Below are positions 9,172 to 17,300 of a stretch of DNA of 24,000 nucleotides, piece after piece. Position 1 is the first letter of the stretch, and the number at the start of each line of letters is the position of its first letter. The translations under genes were made by a program, and so were the position numbers. The DNA is taken from assembly GCA_965249815.1 (NCBI GenBank), contig CBDFMV010000003.1:2574218-2598217 (forward strand), read 5' to 3'. Below the pieces are notes generated by a model. The model made no database searches, was not told where the DNA came from, and saw only the letters and a list, made by a program, of their open reading frames with translations. Source of the DNA: Spirosomataceae bacterium (GTDB taxonomy: Bacteria; Bacteroidota; Bacteroidia; Cytophagales; Spirosomataceae).

Positions 9172-9280
9172 GGGAGGGTTGTTCAACGTTTAAGGGTTGA
9201 CGTTTAACGTTGAAAGTGCCGAATCCAAACCAGACGTCAAAATACCTTAAACCTTGATCCTCTAACGTTAAACGAAAAAA

Positions 9281-10018
9281 ATGAAAGCCCTCATCGTAGA
9301 CGACGAGCGCCTGGCCCGCAACGAACTGCGGCGGCTGCTCGACAATTTTCCGAAAATCAACATCGTCGGCGAAGCCGCCAACGCCGAAGAAGCCACCGCG
9401 CTCATCGACGAACTGCAACCCGATTTGCTATTTCTTGACATTCAGATGCCCGGCAAAAACGGCTTCGAATTGCTCCAGAGCCTCGAAGGCCACGTGCCCG
9501 AGGTGATTTTCACCACTGCCTACGACGAGTACGCCATCAAGGCGTTTGAGTTTAACGCGCTGGATTATCTACTCAAACCCGTGGAACTCCACCGGCTCAC
9601 CGAGGCCGTGCAGCGGGTGGAAGAAGAACTCCACCACCACGAACAGGAGAAGCGCGGCAAGGAAGAAGGTCACACCAAACTGCTGACTGAGGCCGACCAG
9701 GTGTTCGTGAAAGACGGCGAGAAGTGCTGGTTCGTGAAACTGGGCAAGGTGCGGCTGTTCGAGAGCATGGGCAACTACGTGCGTCTGCATTTCGACGACC
9801 AGAAACCGCTGGTGCTCAAATCGTTGAACGCGCTTGAAGACCGTCTCGACCCGAAAACGTACTTCCGCGCCAACCGCAAGCACATCATCAACCTGAGCTG
9901 GATCGACAAAATCGAACCGTGGTTTTCGGGTGGCCTGCTCGTCACCCTCCGTGGCGGCGACCGCATCGAAATCTCCCGGCGGCAGGCGATTCGGTTTAAG
10001 GAATTGCTGAGTCTTTGA
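9281..10018 (+). CDS. LytTR-family response regulator
   Basis: 'ALIVDDERLARNELRRLLDNFPKINIVGEA' receiver; 'LLFLDIQMPGKNGFELLQSL'; C-terminal LytTR 'GNYVRLHF..LNALEDRLDPKTYFRANRKHIINLSWIDKIE'. Confidence 0.95.
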   Translation: MKALIVDDERLARNELRRLLDNFPKINIVGEAANAEEATALIDELQPDLLFLDIQMPGKNGFELLQSLEGHVPEVIFTTAYDEYAIKAFEFNALDYLLKPVELHRLTEAVQRVEEELHHHEQEKRGKEEGHTKLLTEADQVFVKDGEKCWFVKLGKVRLFESMGNYVRLHFDDQKPLVLKSLNALEDRLDPKTYFRANRKHIINLSWIDKIEPWFSGGLLVTLRGGDRIEISRRQAIRFKELLSL

Positions 10019-10028
10019 GGTTCTTCTT

Positions 10029-11558
10029 TCAATACCCCAGCTCATTCAGCGCCGCTTTCGCCTTGTTGTCCACCGAAGCCTTGTACTCGTGCTTCCGGAA
10101 GGCGAGGGCTTTTTCAAAAAAGGCCCTCGCCTTTTGCTTCTCACCTTTTGCCTGGGCCAGATACCCCAGTTGCAACGCCGACATCGCCCCGAAATACCAC
10201 GGTTGCCCTTCGCTGAGGCTGAGCGCCCGCTCGTAAAACGCCGTGGCCCGGCTGCTGTCGGCGCTGCGGTGAAAAATGCGCGCGCGGCGGTAGGCCAGTT
10301 CGGCGCGGTCGCGGGGCTGGGGCACGGCGCTTTCCGAAAACGGCTTCAATTCATCGAGAGCCGGAGCGTAGTAACCGCCGTCGAAGGCCAGCCGGGCGCG
10401 CATCAGCGCCTTTTGCACCGCCTCGCGGTTGGGCGTGATTTCCCCGAACTGCTCGGCGAAGCGCTGGGCAACTTTGTCGGGTTCGACGGTGGTTTCTCCT
10501 ACGTTGCGCACCTGCGCCAGCAGCGCACGGGCGCGGGCGTCGTCGTTTTGGAGCCAGTAGCAAAGCGCCTGCTTGTAGGTGGCGTCCTTCACGAAATTCC
10601 GGCCCCGGTGGGTTTTCAGAAACGTTTGGTACGCCGTTAGCGCGGGGCCGTACTCCTTTTTTTGCAACAAAATTTCCCCCCGGTCGTACTCGAGAAAGGG
10701 CACCGGCAGGTACTCCGGCCCCGTTGGCCGGGTGTTGAGCAGGGCCTGCGCCGCCTCGCTGCGGCCTTCTTTGAGGAGCGCCGAAACGCCGAAAAACCGC
10801 AGCAGCAGGTTGTCGGGCCGTTGCTGAACGAACTGCTGAAACGCGGTCAACTGCCGGGCATCGGTTTTGGTGATGTACACATGAATCAGCGACGTCATCA
10901 GCCGGGCTTCGTCGGCAAAAATCGGGTCACGCTGGGCCACGGCCTCGATTTCGCGCAGGCCGCCGGTCACGTCGCCGCGCAGGCCGAGCAGGTGGGTGAC
11001 CCAGCGGTATTGGTCGGGCGTCGAGCCAATCAGCACGTGTAGCAGACCCAGGATTTTCTGGTTGGGCAGAAAATCGGGGAAGCGTTTCGCGTTTTCGCTG
11101 GCCAGCCGGTACGCCTGGATCACGCCGTAAGCCCCGCTTGTTTCGTGCCCGAATTTGATTTTTACAAAGGCCCAGTGCAGCTTGATCTCGGCCTGAATAA
11201 ACCGGCTCCAGGGCGAGTTGGCGTCCAGGCGGCGTACCTGCCGCAGGCGTTCGTCTTCCGCGTCTTCGAGCTGGTCATAGGCAGCGCGGTCTTCGGCCAC
11301 GAGCAGGTAGAGCAGGTCGGCGTAGTCGGTCAGGTACAGGCCGATGCCGTTGCGCGGCTCGCGGGCCAGTTGGGCGCGGCCCGCCTGCAATTTCAGCTTG
11401 TTGATGTCGGCGTAGGCCTGGCGGAGGCCGGGTGTCCAGTCGAAGTCGTCGGAAAGCGGAGCCGCTTGCTTTCCCTCGCTATGGATGGGACGCAGAACGA
11501 CCAGCCACAAAAAAACAACCCACGAGAAAACTCGCGGGCTGTTCGGTTTTAAAAACAT
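10029..11558 (-). CDS. Tetratricopeptide-repeat protein, exported
   Basis: ORF open to GTG at 11582; likely ATG start at 11558 (MFLKPNSPRVFSWVVFLWLVVLRPIHS signal). Helical repeats 'YGPALTAYQTFLKTH', 'RATAFYERALSLSEGQPWYFGAMSALQLGYLAQAKG'. Confidence 0.75.
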   Translation of the reverse strand: MFLKPNSPRVFSWVVFLWLVVLRPIHSEGKQAAPLSDDFDWTPGLRQAYADINKLKLQAGRAQLAREPRNGIGLYLTDYADLLYLLVAEDRAAYDQLEDAEDERLRQVRRLDANSPWSRFIQAEIKLHWAFVKIKFGHETSGAYGVIQAYRLASENAKRFPDFLPNQKILGLLHVLIGSTPDQYRWVTHLLGLRGDVTGGLREIEAVAQRDPIFADEARLMTSLIHVYITKTDARQLTAFQQFVQQRPDNLLLRFFGVSALLKEGRSEAAQALLNTRPTGPEYLPVPFLEYDRGEILLQKKEYGPALTAYQTFLKTHRGRNFVKDATYKQALCYWLQNDDARARALLAQVRNVGETTVEPDKVAQRFAEQFGEITPNREAVQKALMRARLAFDGGYYAPALDELKPFSESAVPQPRDRAELAYRRARIFHRSADSSRATAFYERALSLSEGQPWYFGAMSALQLGYLAQAKGEKQKARAFFEKALAFRKHEYKASVDNKAKAALNELGY

Positions 11559-11578
11559 TGGTGTTGCTGAAAAAACGC

Positions 11579-12331
11579 TCACCGGCCGCGCCCGGTGGGG
11601 GCGAAGGCGGCTTCCTCGACGTCGGCGAAAATGCGGCCGCAGTGTTCGCAGACGATGATTTTCTTTTTGTCCTTGATGTCGGCCTGGCGCTGGGGCGGCA
11701 CCACGTTGAAGCAGCCGCCGCAGGCACCGCGCCGCACCGTCACCACGGCCAGGCCGTTGACGGCGTTGTTGCGGATTTTTTCGTACGAGCGGAACAGGCG
11801 GTCTTCGATTTTAATGGCCTGGGCGTCGCGCTCTTTCACGTAGCCTTTTTCCTCCTCCTCGCTTTCGCCGATGATCGTGTCGAGTTCGGCGCGCTTGCTC
11901 TGGAGGTCCTTGCGGCGCTCGTCGAGGGTGGCCTGAGTCAGGCGGACGTCGTCTTGTTTGGTGGAAATCTTGAAATTAGCCTCGTTGATGCGCTTGTCGG
12001 AAAGCTCCATTTCGAGTTGCTGGAGTTCGATTTCCTTCGAGATGGCGTCGTATTCGCGGTTGTTGCGCACGTTCATCTGCTGATCCTTGTACTTGGTGAT
12101 CAGCTTTTCGGAGTCTTTCTTGGCGGCTTTGTGCTTGCCGATTTCGTCTTCGAGCGCGTCGATGTCGCGCTGGTATTTGCCGATGCGCGTTTCGTAGCCG
12201 ATGATTTCGTCCTCCAAATCGCGGACTTCTTCGGGCAAATCCCCGCGTACTTTCTTGATTTCGTCGAGTTTGGAGTCAATGAGCTGAAGTTTCAGCAGGG
12301 CGTCGAGCTTTTGGGCGATTGTGGTTTCCAT
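11579..12331 (-). CDS. C4-type zinc-ribbon / coiled-coil protein
   Basis: Long coiled coil followed by 'CGGCFNVVPPQRQADIKDKKKIIVCEHCGRI' (CxxC...CxxC); adjacent to a Nif3-like gene. Confidence 0.85.
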   Translation of the reverse strand: METTIAQKLDALLKLQLIDSKLDEIKKVRGDLPEEVRDLEDEIIGYETRIGKYQRDIDALEDEIGKHKAAKKDSEKLITKYKDQQMNVRNNREYDAISKEIELQQLEMELSDKRINEANFKISTKQDDVRLTQATLDERRKDLQSKRAELDTIIGESEEEEKGYVKERDAQAIKIEDRLFRSYEKIRNNAVNGLAVVTVRRGACGGCFNVVPPQRQADIKDKKKIIVCEHCGRIFADVEEAAFAPTGRGR

Positions 12332-12337
12332 GAAGAC

Positions 12338-12384
12338 AAGTCGTAAGTCGCAGAAGTCGTGAGTCGTAGAAGTCGTCTCAGTCG
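12338..12384 (+). repeat. Degenerate 16-bp tandem repeat, 2 copies plus partial third (AAGTCGTRAGTCGYAG)
   Basis: AAGTCGTAAGTCGCAG / AAGTCGTGAGTCGTAG / AAGTCGT... read directly. Confidence 0.85.
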
Positions 12385-12427
12385 AATGAGCCTGTCGACT
12401 GGTAACGGTTGACTACCGACTTCCACC

Positions 12428-13528
12428 CTACACGAAGTAGTGAACCGGATTGGTAGGGGTTTCCGACATTTTGACCGCAAAAGTAGTGAATTTTCTGGCC
12501 AATTCGTCACGAAGAAGTTCCTTCGTAAACACTTCGCTTTCGTAATGCCCCACGTCGCAGACGACAAGGTGGTTTTCGGCGTCAAAAAATTCGTGGTACT
12601 TAAAATCGGCGGTTACGAAGGCGTCGGCCTCCTGCCGGAGGGCGTCGCCGAGCAGGAAACTTCCTGCCCCACCACACACGGCCACCCGCTGAACGGGTTT
12701 GCCCCGCAACGACGTATGGCGGATGACGTTCAGGTTCAGCCGGTCTTTCAAAAACCGCAGAAACGCCGTTTCGGGTAGTGGCTCTGGCAACGTACCGATG
12801 GCTCCGGCACCCACGTCCTGGGTTTCGTTTTCGAGTTTTTGGAGGTAAAACGCCACCGTTTCGTACGAACGCGCGGCGTTCAGTGCCGCCACTACCTCCC
12901 GCTCGCACACGGCGGGCAGCAGCACTTCGATGCGGTGTTCGGCCTCTTCGTGGTACTCGCCGATTTCCCCGATAGTCGGGTTCGCGCCTGGTTTGGCTTC
13001 AAACGTTCCCGTGCCTTCCACCCGGAACGAGCAGTTTTTGTACGGACCGATTTCCCCAGCCCCCGCAGCGTAAAGCGCCTCCAGAATCCGGGGTGTTTCG
13101 GCAACGGGCGCAAACGTGACCAGTTTGAGCAGCGTTTCACGCTTCGGAGCCAGGACACGGACGTTTTCCAACCCCAGCTTTTCGGCGATTTTCCAGTTGA
13201 CGCCGCCGCGCACATGATCAAGGTTGGTGTGGCTGGCGTAAATCGCCACGTCGTGTTTGATGGCCCGGATGACGGTCCGCTCCACGTAGTTCTTGCCGTT
13301 CAGCTTTTTCAGGCCCCGGAACACAATCGGGTGATGGGCCACGACGAGGTTGCAACCCTGCGCCACGGCCTCATTGACCACCGCTTCGGTGCAATCGAGC
13401 GTAGTCAGCACGCCGGTCACCTCCGCCTGCGGGTCGCCGACGAGCAGCCCGGCGTTGTCGTACGATTCCTGGTAGGCGAGGGGGGCGAGGGTTTCGAGAA
13501 ACTGGGCTACCTGGCGAATCGTCGTCAT
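12428..13528 (-). CDS. Nif3-like dinuclear metal center hexameric protein
   Basis: Start at ATG 13528 (366 aa): 'MTTIRQVAQFLETLAPLAYQESYDNAGLLVGDP', 'VVAHHPIVFRGLKKLNG', 'ASHTNLDHVRGGVN', 'VCDVGHYESEVFTKELLRDEL'. The longer ORF start at 13876 lies antisense/in another frame of the DinB-family gene. Confidence 0.94.
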   Translation of the reverse strand: MTTIRQVAQFLETLAPLAYQESYDNAGLLVGDPQAEVTGVLTTLDCTEAVVNEAVAQGCNLVVAHHPIVFRGLKKLNGKNYVERTVIRAIKHDVAIYASHTNLDHVRGGVNWKIAEKLGLENVRVLAPKRETLLKLVTFAPVAETPRILEALYAAGAGEIGPYKNCSFRVEGTGTFEAKPGANPTIGEIGEYHEEAEHRIEVLLPAVCEREVVAALNAARSYETVAFYLQKLENETQDVGAGAIGTLPEPLPETAFLRFLKDRLNLNVIRHTSLRGKPVQRVAVCGGAGSFLLGDALRQEADAFVTADFKYHEFFDAENHLVVCDVGHYESEVFTKELLRDELARKFTTFAVKMSETPTNPVHYFV

Positions 13529-14049
13529 GCGGGAAGGCCGTAGCGTTCGTGGAGGATGTTGAGGTGGTGCCGTTCGTGCCCGGCGATGAGCCAGGCCAGC
13601 ACCCGCACGCCGATGGGCGACCCGTTGGCCGTGCCGCGCCGCTCCCAGGCGGCTTCGTCGAAACTCGCCACGAGCGCCAGCGTACCGAGGCGGGTCAGTT
13701 CGTACTGACGCAACAAACCGGCGAGCGGCTGGCGGTCGAATTGCGCCGTTTCGGCGTAGGTGTTTTCGTCGAACCCCGGCAGCGATTGCTGCTCGCCCCG
13801 GGCGATGGCCAGCATCCGGTAAGCGAAAATCCGTTCCGTGTCGGTCAGGTGGCCGAGCATTTCTTTCGGCGACCACTTGCCGGGGGCGTAGCAGGTTGTT
13901 TGTTGTTCGTCGGTGAGGTTTCCGAATAGCCCCAGCACCGTCTGCAACTGGTCGGTGAGCAGGTCAGCAACGTTCTGACCGTCAACCGTTTCGAGGTAAC
14001 GGCTAAAAGCAGCGCTCGGCGGGTAGTCGGATGGTGGGGGTTTGTGCAT
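13525..14049 (-). CDS. DinB-family / DUF1569-like putative metal-dependent protein
   Basis: 'WSPKEMLGHLTDTERIFAYRMLAIARGE' and 'WLIAGHERHHLNILHERYGL' His motifs; ATGA overlap with the Nif3-like gene. Confidence 0.88.
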   Translation of the reverse strand: MHKPPPSDYPPSAAFSRYLETVDGQNVADLLTDQLQTVLGLFGNLTDEQQTTCYAPGKWSPKEMLGHLTDTERIFAYRMLAIARGEQQSLPGFDENTYAETAQFDRQPLAGLLRQYELTRLGTLALVASFDEAAWERRGTANGSPIGVRVLAWLIAGHERHHLNILHERYGLPA

Positions 14050-14082
14050 GAAACTTTTTGAGAAAATTTTCAGACGAAGGTA

Positions 14083-14112
14083 TTGTCCCCGCCCGAAAAG
14101 CGCCTACTTTTG
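14083..14112 (+). promoter_or_regulatory. Bacteroidota-type promoter for tRNA-Asp (TTG-N19-TACTTTTG)
   Basis: TTG at 14083-14085, 19-bp spacer, TACTTTTG at 14105-14112 matches the -33/-7 (TTG / TAnnTTTG) consensus; tRNA begins at 14145. Confidence 0.7.
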
Positions 14113-14144
14113 CACCACGTTTTTCGGAAACGAAGGGCGAAAAC

Positions 14145-14218
14145 GGTCCGGTAGTTCAGTTGGTTAGAATACCTGCCTGTCACGCAGGGGGTCGCGGGTT
14201 CGAGTCCCGTCCGGACCG
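14145..14218 (+). tRNA. tRNA-Asp (anticodon GTC)
   Basis: Full cloverleaf: acceptor GGTCCGG/CCGGACC, anticodon stem CCTGC-CTGTCAC-GCAGG, T-arm CGCGGGTTCGAGTCCCG; no encoded CCA. Confidence 0.97.
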
Positions 14219-14226
14219 CTGATAAC

Positions 14227-14271
14227 AAAAGTAAGCCCTTGACTTTCAGCGAGTTAAGGGCTTACTTTTTT
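14227..14271 (+). terminator. Rho-independent terminator-like hairpin after tRNA-Asp
   Basis: AAAAGTAAGCCCTT (14227-14240) pairs with AAGGGCTTACTTTT (14256-14269) ending in a T run. Confidence 0.8.
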
Positions 14272-14275
14272 ATTT

Positions 14276-14295
14276 GGTACAACATAGGTACAACA
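14276..14295 (+). repeat. 9-bp direct repeat GGTACAACA at 11-bp period
   Basis: GGTACAACA at 14276-14284 and 14287-14295. Confidence 0.9.
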
Positions 14296-14336
14296 ACCTT
14301 AAGATGTCATCTATTACCTTTATGTTGTTACCGTAT

Positions 14337-17300
14337 TCAATCATCTTGTGCGAATTGCCGCCGCCGTTCAGCGTCAGCATACTTTTCATAGCGCCCGATA
14401 ATCTGTTCCAGGTGTTGAATGTGCCCCAGGTAAGGTAAATGCGTTGGCATTCGCCGGACTTGTGCCACCACCTGTTTTAACTGGTCAGCCCTCATTTGGT
14501 CGAAGTTGAAATCCGCTCCACCCCCTCCCCCGTGAGGTGCCCAGTCAATCATTTTAAACTCGCTCAACGAACGGTTGATAGATAGGAACTCTCGAATGCA
14601 GAAGGACCATTCTTTCTCTAAACCAACCTCTAAAAGGGCTTGGGTCAAACTTTCGATTTCTTTGGGTTCCCTGTGATACTCCTGTACAAAGGCTCGCAGA
14701 AAAGCGATTACCGTTTCTTTCGAGTTTGGTAGCACCTGCTGAAAAAATGATTTGTATCTTCCATGAAGAAAATCATAGCGAGATTTGCTTTTCATCAGCT
14801 TAATAACCTTCATCGCCCAGCCAATAGAATCTTCTAATTGCCAAATAAAACCCAAGTTGTCGATTTCCGGATGGCTAATGTGGTCAGACTGGCGCTCGTA
14901 GTGTGCTTCCACGAATTCAAGTAGGAATCCTGGGTCTAACGTTAACAAAGCCTGTAGATTTCGTCGGTCGAAGTCGTAATGTCCGGTACGAGTGTGTCCA
15001 AACTGGAGAATATATGCCTTTTTTAGCAAAGGCAAATCCGCGATGGGGTCAAAGCGACTGATGCTTTCGCTAAAAAAATCGTATTCCAGATTGTACCAGA
15101 TTCCCTTTGTCTCGTATCGCTTAGTCAAAGCAGTTAAAACGTCGCGGTATAACGTAGGACGGTGAGGAAGGTACTTGTTCCAAATTTGGTCCCTAAAGTA
15201 CAATCCTTGCAGGGTGGATTGTTCATAAAACAGTATCAGTTGCTCCGCATAAAACGGTGTGATTACTTCAGGAGCGAGCAGGCCCCAAAAAGCCAGTTTC
15301 CATTCTTCCCTGTGGAAAGCAGCACCGGAGAATATTTGGTGCCACCGTTCAACTTTGCAGTCTATCTGTCCGAATATTTGGTGGATGACGTATGGAATAC
15401 CAAAATGCAGCGGCCAGTCATATTGGGAAAACAGAATTATGGTGCGTTCAAACAAGGTCTTGTCTGGGCCATCCGCTACCCCTCTCAAAATTGCTACAAG
15501 TTGTTTATCGAAGGATTCGCCTTCGCACGCTTTGTAACTGTATAACGCCATCACTGCGTTGAAAAACTCGTCAATGGCACCTTCACTGCTGAGATCAAGG
15601 TTTTCGAGAAGTTCTGATTGCTTTTTCCGCTTGTACTCCTCCTCATTCGTCCAAATTTCGTCACCGGCATTTTGGCCACGGATACGGTTCCATTGCATTA
15701 GGAGATAGAAATCGTATTGCTGATTGTGAAAGTGATTCGTCAGGGCCTCCATCTCATCCGAATATATGCCTTTCCACTCCAATAATCGAACGTACTCATG
15801 GGCAAAGTGGCAATCTTCAAAATCATTAGGAGAGAAGTATTCATAGATTAATGGAATTAGGCGTTCCATGTCAAACTGCCGGTACTCCTTATCTTCTCCC
15901 CGATGGAAGGTTTTCAAATATGCGTAAATCACTTGCCGTAATTCCTGAGGATAAGCGGGAAGTTGCCCGCGCACAAATTGCCAGAGGCTTTCTCGGAACG
16001 ACAGGAAGGGTTCACGATAAGGCAACGGAAGGCGAGTAAAGGTCACTAACCGACCTTTTGATGAATTTGACTCAAACTCAATTCGCAAAAATGAGGGAAC
16101 CAGTGCCACTACCAGCCGCCTCGCTTCGGAGTTGCCTGTAGAAGCCTGGTTAATTAGAAAATCAAAATACGCCGCTTGCCTGAGTTCCGGGTACGGCGTG
16201 TCGTCAGGACGAAACGAGAGGCGGTCATTAACTTTTTTGACAATCTCTTCCGAAGACTTGGGGTTCTGTTTAGCTATTAGCAATAGGAGTTCAAGGGCAG
16301 TTTCAAAATGCTCGTTGACTCCCTCTAAGAAGTGGAATAATAAGGTCAATCTCTTCTCAAGCGCTGTATTGCCGGTTATGCCATGCCAAGGATTCTCTTC
16401 CCAGACGGCCTGTAAATCAGGAAGTAGATAGGCAAACTGATGTAGATAGGCGAGTGTCTCAGTTGGCAAGGCGAAGTAGAAGATTTCAAGAAACGCGAAA
16501 GCCTTCTCATCATCTTCGCGCACCGAGTGGAAGTATTGGTGAGTTACCTCCCGGATATCAGCGATGGTTCGTTGCTGGTCGAGGACGTTCAATACACCGT
16601 AGAATGCGTCGCGGATGCGGTGAGGATATTCTTCAAAAAAGTTCGTTAGGAGCGTTTCTACACTTAAGAACTTTCTTTCGATGAAGGCCAGGAACACCGC
16701 ATAAGTAGCTAAGTTTTGGTCCGATATCTTGAACAAGCTCTGGTCGTTCATGTACACATCCGCCAGCTCATCTTTTTCCAAGGCTGACAGCTCAGCAGCG
16801 AATGTGTCCCGACTCAGGCCAAAAGCCTGACTGAGTTGTTTGCAGAAAGATTCATCGAGAAGGTCAATTTGCCGAAAAACGGCCAGCAGGCCCAATACTT
16901 TCAATCGCGTTGGGTCACTAAGCAAATGGTTATCTTCCGCGTCGGTCAGGTTGTCGTAGTAGGTTACGAACAAATCGGTGGCATCGTTCAGGGCCAAAAT
17001 ATTCTGTTCTTTTTTAGCGAGGCGGGCAGCCATGATAGCCAAGCGCGGATTCCCATTAGCTAAAAACCCAATTCGCTGCTGAAAAAGGGGATTCCGAATT
17101 CCAAAAGGTTCTGCACTGATTAATTGATTAATCTGCTCATCAGTGAACTTCTCCAAGAAATAGGAATCCGATTGATACGTCTTCAAGTGCCTTTGCACCA
17201 CGTTTAACGCGTAATCCCGAACGGTTAGGATGACCTTGAAATGGACATCCCGTTTCGCGTACAGGTATTCCAGCGTCTGAACCAGAATAGGTGTCTGCCG

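Noticed and set aside
10129-10164. Terminator-like hairpin AGGGCTTTTTC...AAAGGCCCT
   Set aside because: Lies inside the TPR protein coding sequence; likely coding coincidence.
11432-12346. 304-aa + strand ORF (MSSRSRRKAEPLAF...)
   Set aside because: Antisense to the well-supported C4 zinc-ribbon gene; composition reflects GC-rich codon bias on the opposite strand.
12839-13543. 234-aa + ORF
   Set aside because: Antisense to the Nif3-like gene, which has strong motifs.
13529-13876. N-terminal extension of the Nif3-like ORF to 13876
   Set aside because: The added segment is out of frame with and overlaps the DinB-family gene; the conserved Nif3 start is at 13528 with an ATGA overlap.
15162-15545. 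+ strand ORFs within the STAND-like gene (also 18xx-17xx kb shadows)
   Set aside because: Antisense to one uninterrupted 1259-aa ORF; no motifs.
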